The notes under the pieces were generated by a model, which was not told the DNA's origin, did not search any database, and worked only from the letters and a program-made list of their open reading frames with translations. A stretch of DNA of 64,000 nt from Candidatus Bathyarchaeota archaeon (GTDB lineage Archaea > Thermoproteota > Bathyarchaeia > Bathyarchaeales > Bathycorpusculaceae), in contig CAWEPZ010000011.1 of assembly GCA_963811105.1 (NCBI GenBank), positions 864,001 through 928,000 of the forward strand, written 5' to 3'. The translations under genes and the position numbers were made by a program. Below, piece by piece: positions 21,283 through 31,059 of the stretch (its first letter is position 1; every line of letters starts with the position of its first letter).

Positions 21283-21395
21283 GCCAAGAATTGAAAGATT
21301 TCCTGAGAGATTTTAGCTCCAAATGGATCGTGGAGATTTGATCCCAAACGCCGTGAAGATGTCACTCGACCTTCTTTTTTTAATGCGCTTCTGTA

Positions 21396-21905
21396 TTAGA
21401 ACTTGTTGAAGCTAAACAATTCTTCAAATGGCTTTCTGTTTTTTGCTTTTGGCTGCTCCGCAGGATAGCCAAGGGTTAATAATGCAACAACTTTCCATTT
21501 ATCTGGAATTTCAAGGAGTTTTTTGACTTTTTCTTCGCTAAAAGACCCTATCCAACATGAACCTATACCAAAAGTCCAGGCGGCAATAACTATGTTTTGC
21601 AGGGCAATTGTAGTATCAACGGCTGCCCATTTTCCAGTTAAAATCGATTTTTCATCTGCGCATCCTACGATAACCATAGGCGCATTTTTAATATGTTTAC
21701 CAAACAAACTCTTGGATAATTCATTTTTGGCTTCGGAATCTGTCACTACTACAAATCGGATCGGCTGTCTGTTAGCTGCGGACGGTGCTTGCCTGCCAGC
21801 TTCGAGAACTTGTCGCAAGGTTTCTTGGGGTATTTCTTTATTTTCATAGCTTCGAATACTTCTACAGCTTAGAATCACATCAGACAAAGACATACACTTC
21901 ACCAC
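21396..21905 (-). CDS. Nitroreductase family protein
   Basis: RSIRSY, APSAANRQP, GIGSCWIG, LGYP. Confidence 0.92.
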   Translation of the reverse strand: MVKCMSLSDVILSCRSIRSYENKEIPQETLRQVLEAGRQAPSAANRQPIRFVVVTDSEAKNELSKSLFGKHIKNAPMVIVGCADEKSILTGKWAAVDTTIALQNIVIAAWTFGIGSCWIGSFSEEKVKKLLEIPDKWKVVALLTLGYPAEQPKAKNRKPFEELFSFNKF

Positions 21906-22618
21906 CTCACCATTTAGTTAACGTTCCTAAAATTTCTTCATTACTCTGAACGTTAATAGCCAGTTTGTTAAATGAAATTAAAGAATGAGAAGGGATAAAA
22001 TTGATAATAGATCTATCGAGATCATCTTACCGAGAAGAAATCTATCACCAATTTTAAATCACTTGCCCGTTTTTGATTTACGATATTCAAAAGCCTCTCC
22101 CGAAAACGGATTAATCTTCACAGTATTAGCTGTCAAAAGGTTAAGACGAAAACCTGAAAACTCTTAACACATCCTGAACTTAAGGCTCACTCGACATGAA
22201 AAACTAACTATTCTAAACACCCATTCATCTCTGACGAGGTACGTAGTCATGCCAAAATCTTTCTGCATAAAATAAAACGTTACAAAACCATTTTATATCG
22301 TTTAGTGAGAAAAATTCCAAAAACGTTGAGAATCAATATCTATTCAGTAGTCAACCTGAAACAAAGAAATGGGCTTGAGGACAACATTAGTTATGCTTAG
22401 GATCTTGCGATTTTGACTAATAGTTCAAAACAGCATCTTTAGGCCAAAGATTCTATTTTTCAATTATATGGTAGTCTTTACACCTTGTGTCTTGCAAATA
22501 GCTTGACAGTGTATGTGCTGGATTCTAATTTCTGGGAAATCGCTCATGCGTGTAGGAGAATCTAAGGTGGAATTTCCATCAGAGTCATTGCTTCCGGCAT
22601 AATCAACAATTTGTCACT

Positions 22619-22655
22619 TTGTCATCAGTGGCTACTTTCCACTTGGTCTTATAAA
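22619..22655 (+). promoter_or_regulatory. Conserved upstream motif plus TATA box of beta-propeller gene 1
   Basis: ttgtcatcagtggctactttccacttggtcttataaa; 19/24 ungapped identity to the motif upstream of the 26303-28933 paralog. Confidence 0.6.
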
Positions 22656-22682
22656 TCGCAAACAATAATACGCTAATTTAGG

Positions 22683-22728
22683 AAAGAGCTTATCGTTGAA
22701 AGGGAAGCCTTTTTTCGCTAAGCTCTTT
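22683..22728 (+). promoter_or_regulatory. 5'-leader stem-loop
   Basis: aaagagctta...taagctcttt perfect 10-bp inverted repeat between the TATA box and the AGGAGA SD. Confidence 0.6.
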
Positions 22729-22754
22729 TTAAAAAATTTAAGGAGAATAGAAAA

Positions 22755-25325
22755 ATGTTAAAAGCAAAAATAGCAACCGCAATTTTAATTCTATTGATGA
22801 CTAGTCTCGCAATAATGGCAGATACCCAAGTTCAAGCCCAAAACGTGACCTATAAAAATATGCAGGACGGAGGCTCAATACCGCTACCCAACGGCATTAC
22901 CCCTGACGCTACATTTGAAACAAAAGCTCACTTAAGCTTTAGACCTAACCCCATCGGGGTAGGTCAACCCTTGCTAGTAAACCTATGGATACAACCGCCA
23001 ATTCATGTAACACATTACTTTAAAGACGCCTACATAGTAAAGTTCACAAAGCCTGATGGGACAACAGAGAACGTTGGCCCCTTGACAGGTTACAAAGGCG
23101 ATACAACTGCATGGTTCGAAAAGATAATAGATCAAGCTGGCAAATGGACAATAGAGTTCGACTTTATAGGGGGCTTTTACCCAGCAGGCAACTACACCAT
23201 GGTCGCTGGTACCTTTTCCACTCAAATGGGCAAAGATACGATGATCAATTTCCCTCAATCAGCATACTACTCTCCAAGCAAAGATGGGCCTTATGAATTT
23301 GTAGCCGAGCAAAATTTGGCAGGTTCATGGCCACTAGCGCCACTCCCAAACGATTATTGGACAAGACCGATATCACTTGAGAATAGAGAATGGTGGCCAA
23401 TAGCAGGCAATTATCCCGCAACCGGCACAGTAGGAGGAGGCTCTACATGGCCAGCAAATACAAATACGTACACTCAGAGCACTTACAAGTTCACCCCATA
23501 CGTGCAAGCACCGAATACAGCACATATAGTTTGGAAGCGTCAAGACGATATATCAGGTCTTATTGGAGGACAACTAGGACAAATATCCTTGTACAACGGT
23601 GCTGGCACACCTAATATAGTCTACGCTGGACGATGCTATCAAACTCTCACAAAAATTATCAATGGCACTCCGACGAGCGTTTGGCAATGTTATGATCTAC
23701 GCACTGGAAAAGTATACTGGGAGCGGACAGATGTTACACAGATTCCCACAATGCTCAGTTATAGAGAAAGAACACTTGAGATGGTACCAGGCGAGGAAGC
23801 AAGCAAAACAGGATTAAGCGTAACACTTTTGTACGTAGGCGGTGGCAGGCTGATAGAATACGATCCATGGATTGGACAAGTTCAAACAAACATTTCAATT
23901 GCTCCCTTTACGACAGGAACTCTCTACGCAAGCCCAGAAATATTCCTAAGTGTGCAAAGCCTTGGCAGTAATAACTACCGCTTGATTAACTGGACTCTCA
24001 CAGGATACCTGGCACACTACTCAGGATTTACTCAACCTGTAGTCCCAGAAGTGTTGAACAATGTTACATGGCCTTTCAGCAGCTTAGGCACAGTCGATTA
24101 CGAGTCAATGATTGCTGTTAACACACAAAGCATTCCAAATACCGCCGCTGGTGGAACGGAGAGCCAAGGGTCAATATCATACATCCAACGCATAATTGCT
24201 ACAAGCATGATAACTGGGCAAGTCTTGTGGAACATTACGACAGACTCTCCCTTCGGTGGCTTTTACAGCGGAAGCACGGCGTGTGCTGATCATGGAAAAT
24301 ATGCAGTACGATTGAATGATGGACTTTGGCACTGTTGGGACCTCAACTCAGGAAAACAACTCTGGACTAGCGAATTATCAAGTTGGCCTTGGGGAACTTT
24401 TGGTATATACGGTGTTAGCTCATACGGTGGTCTTCTTATTTATCCACAATATGATGGCGTTGTCGCGTACAACTGGAATAATGGTAAAATTGCTTGGCAA
24501 TATAGGTATGAAGCCGAGTATCCATATGAAACAGTGTTTGGTAGTGACTATCCTTTCTATGATTCAGCAATTGTCATAGCAGATGGCAAACTATATACAT
24601 CAAATACCGAGCATTCACCCAGCAACCCCATTACAAGAGGACAAAAGCTCCACTGCATAAATGTCACGACAGGCGAGGGTATATGGAACATCACTGGCTC
24701 CATGAGTGCAGCAGCTGTCGCAGATGGATACTTAGCTGCCTCCAATAGATACGATGGATACATGTACGTCTTAGGCAAAGGAACGAGTATAACAACGGTG
24801 ACGTCACCTGACATTACAGCACCTAAGGGAACAAGCATACTTATTAAAGGAACTGTTTTGGATCAATCGCCAGCTCAGCCGGAAACGCCTTGCGTCTCGA
24901 AGGAATCAATGGCTACTCAAATGGAATACCTACACATGCAACACCCAATCGATGGTCTTGATCACAACTTAACGATGACGGGAGTCCCGGTAACGTTGAC
25001 AGCAATTGATTCAAACGGTAACGTAATCGATATTGGTACAGCCACAACCAACGCGTATTATGGCACCTTCAGCTATGAATGGACGCCACCAAATGAAGGC
25101 AAATATACAATCTCAGCCTCTTTCTTAGGTGATGATTCTTACGGCAGCTCATCAGCAGGAACCGACTTGTCAGTTGGTCCAGCTTCTGCGGCGAGTGCAA
25201 CATCAGCGCCAGTTCAAGCAGCAGCAGACTACTCAATGACAATCATAGGCGTTGGAATCGGAATAGCAATTGTAGTAGTTATCACAGGTGCAGCCATTGT
25301 ATTCTTACTTAGAAAACGACCATAA
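22755..25325 (+). CDS. Secreted, C-terminally anchored PQQ-binding-like beta-propeller protein (paralog 1)
   Basis: Signal peptide; LSFRPNPIGVGQ, DYWTRP, repeated D/NxxTG..W blades, NTEHSP, SPAQPETPCVS, YLHMQ; TM plus LLRKRP. Confidence 0.88.
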   Translation: MLKAKIATAILILLMTSLAIMADTQVQAQNVTYKNMQDGGSIPLPNGITPDATFETKAHLSFRPNPIGVGQPLLVNLWIQPPIHVTHYFKDAYIVKFTKPDGTTENVGPLTGYKGDTTAWFEKIIDQAGKWTIEFDFIGGFYPAGNYTMVAGTFSTQMGKDTMINFPQSAYYSPSKDGPYEFVAEQNLAGSWPLAPLPNDYWTRPISLENREWWPIAGNYPATGTVGGGSTWPANTNTYTQSTYKFTPYVQAPNTAHIVWKRQDDISGLIGGQLGQISLYNGAGTPNIVYAGRCYQTLTKIINGTPTSVWQCYDLRTGKVYWERTDVTQIPTMLSYRERTLEMVPGEEASKTGLSVTLLYVGGGRLIEYDPWIGQVQTNISIAPFTTGTLYASPEIFLSVQSLGSNNYRLINWTLTGYLAHYSGFTQPVVPEVLNNVTWPFSSLGTVDYESMIAVNTQSIPNTAAGGTESQGSISYIQRIIATSMITGQVLWNITTDSPFGGFYSGSTACADHGKYAVRLNDGLWHCWDLNSGKQLWTSELSSWPWGTFGIYGVSSYGGLLIYPQYDGVVAYNWNNGKIAWQYRYEAEYPYETVFGSDYPFYDSAIVIADGKLYTSNTEHSPSNPITRGQKLHCINVTTGEGIWNITGSMSAAAVADGYLAASNRYDGYMYVLGKGTSITTVTSPDITAPKGTSILIKGTVLDQSPAQPETPCVSKESMATQMEYLHMQHPIDGLDHNLTMTGVPVTLTAIDSNGNVIDIGTATTNAYYGTFSYEWTPPNEGKYTISASFLGDDSYGSSSAGTDLSVGPASAASATSAPVQAAADYSMTIIGVGIGIAIVVVITGAAIVFLLRKRP

Positions 25326-25350
25326 AACTTGGAAGCAAAAACAATCACTA

Positions 25351-25365
25351 TTTCCCTTTTTCTTT
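25351..25365 (+). terminator. Pyrimidine/T-rich terminator tract
   Basis: tttccctttttcttt about 25 nt after the stop; the same tract follows paralogs 3 and 4 (37119-37132, 46492-46506). Confidence 0.55.
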
Positions 25366-25658
25366 ACTATTAACCATAATGATTACGAACGACTCTGAAT
25401 AGCCTCTGGATTGAAAAACAAAGGCAACTGCCGAAAAAGATTATTCCCTTCAATTGATCCTAGATCAATCCGGATCCTCAGCACTCTCTAAATCCAAAAT
25501 CAAATAGACTTTAAGGTTTCTATCCGCAAGTTTTATTTGTAAAGTGCTACTACATAGCAATTGTTGCTTGTTTTTTGGTGTCTTGAAAGCAAACTCTCTG
25601 TTTTGTTGTATCCCTATCGCAAATCTAAAAGCGATTCAAGCTGTCCCTGAAACAAAAC

Positions 25659-26115
25659 ATGTTTAAAGATTTCAAAGAAAAAGTCGAAAAACTGCAAAAT
25701 AAACGCGACAGTGAAATCCCTCTAATATCTACCGAATCAACGCCTGAGATTACAGAGAAATTAAGGAACGCAGGAATAGACCCCGATAACTTTACCATTC
25801 AGCAACTATTTCCAGAAACCTTGGACGGCGAAAGAAACGACTTATCTTAACGTCAGGAGCTGAATGGGAAATAATGATAAAATATGCTAGAGCTCGCAAG
25901 TATCTCATTGAGAATTATCCGCAGTCGCAAGAAGAAGCAAGACTGCCAGGGCAAGAGTGGCAAGAGAACAAGATGAACCTTATCAGATTAACATTACAAA
26001 GACACAAGACGACCCGCAAAGGAAAATTTTTGTTCACGCTTTATTCCAAATGAAAGCCATTTATAACAAAGCAGAGTGCACCGTAATGCTTCAGAACATG
26101 AAAAGTTCTGTCTAA
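25659..26115 (+). pseudogene. Frameshifted hypothetical protein
   Basis: 63-aa ORF continues in other frames: RKRLILTSGAEWEIMIKYARARKYLIENYP...QRKIFVHALFQMKAIYNKAECTVMLQNMKSSV*. Confidence 0.45.
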
Positions 26116-26302
26116 GCCTCTATTGGCATTTAACCTACAACTGAACCCTGCCCCAAAGGTAAAATCGTTCAGAGAAGTCCTGCGGGATGGCGACATTTTC
26201 GTGAAAGTTGAAGTCTACTTCAAGATTTGCAGAAAGAGACGACAAGTAAAGCAAATAAATAAAATATAAAAAAAGAAGGATTATTGTTTTTCCGGTTTTT
26301 GT

Positions 26303-28933
26303 TTAAGCGCGTTTTCTAAGTAACAGTACAGTTGCAATGGCTATAGCAAGAATTATTGCTATGGCTGTTGCTGCAAAGTATATTTCGAATGGCGGATTAA
26401 CTGTAGCTTGTAGTGTCGGTGCTGGTGTTGCTGTTGCTGGCGCTTCAGTGACACCAACTGATGTTGCCGCAAAGGAGCTGCCATATGAGTCATCGCCTAC
26501 AAACGTTGCAGTCACCGCATATTGTCCGGGTAATTCAGGTTGCCACATGTACCCAAAAGTGCCTCTATAGCCTTCAGTAGTAACGGTAGCGATATGAATA
26601 GAGTTGCCATTAGGATCAACAGCATCAAGCGAAACTGGAACGCCAATTATGGTTTCGTTACCCCATAGACCACCTATTGGTCTTTGCAGGTGCAAATATT
26701 CCATCTGTGTAGTCATTGAGCCTTTGGATACGCAGGCTGTTTCAGGCTGGGCGGGAGACTGGTCAAGTACTGTACCTTTTATCATTAAGCTCTGTCCCAA
26801 GTTTACAGCTGTCATAGGTGCCTCAACGGTTGTTGCACTTTGTCCTTTGCCAAAAACGTACATGTAGCCCGTGTTTGAGTCAGTGGCTGTCATATAGCCG
26901 TCAGCAATAACACCTGAAGACATAGGATGCGTGATTTTCCATATAAGTTCGCCTGTAGTAATGTTGATGCAGTGCATTCCCCATCCTCTGGTTAAAGGAT
27001 AAGTGGCTGAGTGCTCGCTGTTTGTTACGTACATTTTTCCATCAGCAATTTTGCCTCCACTGTTGAAACAGTAAACTGTAGTTCCATTCTCTCCAGTATA
27101 GGGGGCTTCATACATGCTGTCAGCGGGTGCTTCGTATTTCCACACTATTTTTCCGTCGGTCCAGTTGAAAGCGTAGACACCGTTGTAGGCTTGTCTAAAT
27201 ATCATGCCGTAGGCTGATTGTATAGCGTAGGCTCCAAAGCTAGTGGATGCCCATGGATACAGCATTGTTTCGCTTCTCCAAGCTTCACTTCCTGTTAAGA
27301 GATCAATCGCTATGAAGTACCCTTGCTGCGTAAGAATGGCTACTTTTCCGTGGTCTGCAACGTTACATGATCCGCTATATTGAGTCTGGTCGGGGAAAAA
27401 TTTGCTCCAAGTGTTTTCGCCTGTTCTCATATTTATGCCTGTTACGTTTATTCCAGAATAGACTCCAGCAGTTGTCAATTCAGATACCGATGCACCCATC
27501 ATCACATTATAGTCACATAGTGTTGGCAGGCTGCTTCTTGCATAAGTTGTATTGCTGGCAATTCTTGAAGCGATGCTCGTTGAGGTTCCCCAAACAGTCC
27601 AGTTAATTAAGCGGTATCTGTTTGATCCGGCAGCTGAGCCTAGGTCTTGTATGGTTAAGACATAGCCGTTCTTGTAGTAGGTGCCTCCGGACAATGGAGA
27701 TATCGAGTAGTTGGCAGTTAAAGCGCCAGTTTGTGGATTGATTTTTCTTAGATAACTGCCGCTTATCGATATAAGCTCTGGATTCTCGACTTTGCTTTCG
27801 CCTGGTGCTGTTCCAGCGCTACCGCCTGGCACTGCTTCATTGGCTTCTGGTGAAATCCAGTTGGGAGCTAAGATGTGGTATGAAATTTGGCTTGGCGTGA
27901 TGCCGTTGTACGGTTCAGCAGTGGGAATCATGTAGTACATATAGCCAGTTCGTAGGTCGTAGCAGGTTGCGCAGCTAATGAAGGATCCATTGTACCATTG
28001 TACTGTTTGTGTTGCATAAGCTCTTCCTAGATATACCAACGATGGGTTAGTAGCAGAGCCAGTTGACTGGAGTGTAAGGTCTGGTCCTGTAAAGCCAACT
28101 ACTGGGTTATCCATACGCTTCCATAGAATGTGTGCACTGTTTGGTCCTTGAACCCATGGATAGAATCCATAGCTGCTGCTCCAGGATGGGTTTGTGTTAG
28201 GGTAGAGTTGATTCCAAATGGGTAGTTCCGAATTGAAGTAGTAGTCTGGGTAGTTGCCTGCGATTGGCCACCACTCTCTGTTTAGGTATGCGTCTAGCGG
28301 TCGTGTCCAATAGTCAGTTGGATAAGGTTGCTCGGGCCAAGAATAAACCGTTTCCTCTTGGACGACAAGGGTTTGTTCTTTGGTGGAGCTGGGCTGATAA
28401 TAGGCTGATTCAATGTAGGCTGGTGCTGCAAAAGAGTTGCCAACGGAATAATTGCCAATTTCAGCTAAGCTGGCGTAAACTTTGCCTTCGAAGTAATATC
28501 CTGCTGGGAAGTATGTTCCGAGGAAGTCAAATTTGAGTGTCCAATTGCCAACTTGGTCGGCTATATATTCAAACCATGATGTAGCATCCGCTTGAAAGGA
28601 ATCCATCTTAAGTACGTCTTTTGATCCGTCGGGTTTGGTAATTGTGACAGTGTAATCATGATGGAATCGTGTTGCTGCAAGAGCAGGTGTGGTCCAAAGG
28701 TTAACCATGAAAGTCTGACCTTTGCCTACTGGGTTAGGTCTAAAGCTGAGTTGGGCTGTTGTGCTGCGTGTGTAATTGGCAGTAACACCGGCTGGCATTG
28801 CGCCTGTTGTTGGTTGCGCCAAGGAAGATGTCGCCTTGACAGGCATAACTGCGATTGTCAATAGAAAAACAGAAACTGTTAGCATTGCAATAACTACTAT
28901 CGTGGGTATTTTCATTTTACTTGTTTTTTTCAT
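26303..28933 (-). CDS. Secreted, C-terminally anchored PQQ-binding-like beta-propeller protein (paralog 2)
   Basis: Same motif set: LSFRPNPVG, DYWTRP, NREWW, ADGKMYVTNSEHS, SPAQPETACVS, YLHLQ, LLRKRA. Confidence 0.88.
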   Translation of the reverse strand: MKKTSKMKIPTIVVIAMLTVSVFLLTIAVMPVKATSSLAQPTTGAMPAGVTANYTRSTTAQLSFRPNPVGKGQTFMVNLWTTPALAATRFHHDYTVTITKPDGSKDVLKMDSFQADATSWFEYIADQVGNWTLKFDFLGTYFPAGYYFEGKVYASLAEIGNYSVGNSFAAPAYIESAYYQPSSTKEQTLVVQEETVYSWPEQPYPTDYWTRPLDAYLNREWWPIAGNYPDYYFNSELPIWNQLYPNTNPSWSSSYGFYPWVQGPNSAHILWKRMDNPVVGFTGPDLTLQSTGSATNPSLVYLGRAYATQTVQWYNGSFISCATCYDLRTGYMYYMIPTAEPYNGITPSQISYHILAPNWISPEANEAVPGGSAGTAPGESKVENPELISISGSYLRKINPQTGALTANYSISPLSGGTYYKNGYVLTIQDLGSAAGSNRYRLINWTVWGTSTSIASRIASNTTYARSSLPTLCDYNVMMGASVSELTTAGVYSGINVTGINMRTGENTWSKFFPDQTQYSGSCNVADHGKVAILTQQGYFIAIDLLTGSEAWRSETMLYPWASTSFGAYAIQSAYGMIFRQAYNGVYAFNWTDGKIVWKYEAPADSMYEAPYTGENGTTVYCFNSGGKIADGKMYVTNSEHSATYPLTRGWGMHCINITTGELIWKITHPMSSGVIADGYMTATDSNTGYMYVFGKGQSATTVEAPMTAVNLGQSLMIKGTVLDQSPAQPETACVSKGSMTTQMEYLHLQRPIGGLWGNETIIGVPVSLDAVDPNGNSIHIATVTTEGYRGTFGYMWQPELPGQYAVTATFVGDDSYGSSFAATSVGVTEAPATATPAPTLQATVNPPFEIYFAATAIAIILAIAIATVLLLRKRA

Positions 28934-29019
28934 TTTTCTTTTTTCTTTCCTTTTGTATTTTAGAAGCGGGACTTAAACTTTAAAATGTCCCTCCTCCTGA
29001 ACCCTTATCCACTAACTTG

Positions 29020-29056
29020 CTCTTAAAACTGTGTGGAAAGTGCTCACTGGCGACAA
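29020..29056 (-). promoter_or_regulatory. Conserved upstream motif plus TATA-like box of paralog 2
   Basis: Reverse strand reads ttgtcgccagtgagcactttccacacagttttaagag. Confidence 0.6.
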
Positions 29057-29416
29057 CAATATTTTTTGAAAAATAACTTGTTCAGAATCTGCCTAACACC
29101 TAACATTAGAGAAAGTGGCCTTTGCTATCCAGTTAAAAGAGAGAGATCTTTACCCAATATTGAGTAACGATAAAGAGAGCTTAAAAAAAACGCAGCTCAT
29201 CAAAGGCTTCCCGATCAGGCTTACGCAAAGCTCTAGCGAAGCCACTTCACCGGTTAATCTCACCCTCCAAAGCAATCCGAAAAGACTCAACGGTCTTACC
29301 CATAGCCTGCTATGTCTCCAAACAAGATGCACAGAAAAGAGCTGTCGATGTAGAGAACGAATTAACCAAAAATGAAGTGTTATGGGAAGAGATAGCAAAG
29401 CATGGAGGCCTATTGA

Positions 29417-29980
29417 ATGGAAAATAAAACTACTACCCTAAAAGTTCCTGAAGCCTACGTTCCTCTGTTGGACGATATTCGTCTTTTAACTGCAGATCAA
29501 AACAACCCCAACCGCACCACGCTAAAACAGCAAGAGCAAATCTGGCGGAGCCTCCAAAAGTACGGTTGGACCTACCCAATACTGACCAATAAAGAGGGCG
29601 TCCTAGTTGATGGCGAGCAACGTCAAAGTATTTGCATCGAGCATGGCGAATTTTTTGCTCCAGTTCTGCGCTTACCAGTTAGTGACATTGATAGGCGTAT
29701 GCTTCGTCAGATTCTCAACAAGCTAAAGGGCAAACACAATACAGAACTTGACAATGAAGAGTACATTCGCATACTGCAAGCAGGCGAGAAAGAGGATTTG
29801 AAGGCACTTCTTGAATCAATAGGTGAGAAGTTGCCACAGGAATTAGACGACAAAGAGTCTTCGCTAACCATACCTGAAACCTATGAGATAATCGTAGAAT
29901 GCAGAGACGAATCTGACCAAAAAAACATTTTTGATAAGCTAAATTCGGAGGGATACAAACTACGGATTTTGACATTATAA
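29417..29980 (+). CDS. ParB N-terminal (ParBc/Srx) domain protein, virus-type
   Basis: NPNR..QIWRSLQKYGWTYPILTNKEGVLVDGEQR; C-terminus YEIIVECRDESDQ..GYKLRILTL; GGAGG SD. Confidence 0.8.
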   Translation: MENKTTTLKVPEAYVPLLDDIRLLTADQNNPNRTTLKQQEQIWRSLQKYGWTYPILTNKEGVLVDGEQRQSICIEHGEFFAPVLRLPVSDIDRRMLRQILNKLKGKHNTELDNEEYIRILQAGEKEDLKALLESIGEKLPQELDDKESSLTIPETYEIIVECRDESDQKNIFDKLNSEGYKLRILTL

Positions 29981-30570
29981 AACATTGGGATCAAGCTGAT
30001 AGCTTTAGAGCGCAAAGCGTAGTTGGTAGCTATACGCTTTCAGATGTGAAGTTAGAGAAGCGTTTTGTTGGCTCATTACCTATTGAGGATTTTGATTGGC
30101 AAGTTGGCGTAATAGTTGGGCGCAGTGGTTCCGGCAAGACAAGTATAGCTAAACAGCTTTTCCCCGACGCTTACATTCGCGGATTTGATTATTCACATAA
30201 ATGCGTTCTTGACGATTTTCCCGAAGAGCTTGAAACGGGAGAAATCACTAAAACTCTTTGCCGCGTGGGTTTTGCTTCCCCGCCCGACTGGCTCAAAAGC
30301 TACGATTGCCTAAGCCAAGGTGAAAAGATGCGTGTTGATATTGCCCGCGCTTTATGCTTGGATAAATCTTTGATTGTTTTTGACGAGTTTACTAGCGTGG
30401 TCGATAGGGAAATCGCTAAGGTCAGTGCTTTTGCCATAAGCAAAGCAGTTCGACGGAGCTCCAAGAATTTTTTGGTTGAAAAGCGATTTCTGAAAAGACG
30501 TTTCTGGTTTATGTCCTATGTAGAATCTCAATTAATTTTCTTTGAAAATCTTGGTGAAAAGTCAAACTAA
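29953..30570 (+). pseudogene. Phage-type ABC-family ATPase, truncated after Walker B (about 30465), with no canonical start for its apparent N-terminus
   Basis: DFDIIKHW..SFRAQSV; GRSGSGKTS, LSQGEKMR, VFDEFTSVVDR; the H-loop region is replaced by unrelated AT-rich sequence. Confidence 0.75.
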
Positions 30571-30631
30571 ACTCACCTGAGACCTATGCAAAACTCTATG
30601 AAAATTCGCTATTTGGCTATTTTTGGAATTA

Positions 30632-30668
30632 TTTAATCAATTGATTAAAAACATGTCCTATGCATAGG
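30632..30668. repeat. Three near-abutting perfect palindromes
   Basis: tttaatcaattgattaaa (18 bp, 30632-30649), acatgt (30651-30656), cctatgcatagg (12 bp, 30657-30668). Confidence 0.85.
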
Positions 30669-31059
30669 TGTGCTTGAGCCTTATTTCTCAAAATTTCCAA
30701 TTGGGGCTTAATTCAATCCTGTTTGAACTGTACAGCCTCAAATCCCCGCTATTCAAACAAAAGCACTTATTCATGGGCTTAATCTACACCTAAACCCGCA
30801 CTTTTCGAAGTCTTCTCATGCAGATATGGCGAACAATAAATTTAAACTTAGTTTCAGAATCCCACAACCTTAGCGGCTAAACTCAGATTTAAGTGAAGAA
30901 TAGCCCAATTTAAGCCAGATTGAAAATGAGTGTACAACAGCCACGCCCCCCACCGTTTACGAAAAGAGGCTCATTTCAAGGAGCATAGTCCATGGCTGAA
31001 TAGGTGGGTCTATCACTGTGGATGTTACCGAGTTAATCTTAATAGCAGAATAGACCATA

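Noticed and set aside
21316-21352. tRNA-3'-like sequence on the - strand (gggatcaaatctccacgatcca)
   Set aside because: The T-loop is imperfect and no cloverleaf can be built; at most a degenerate remnant.
30680-30995. Possible second, degraded integrase C-terminus on the - strand (NEPLFVN...)
   Set aside because: Many stops and no intact catalytic motif; cannot be supported without a search.
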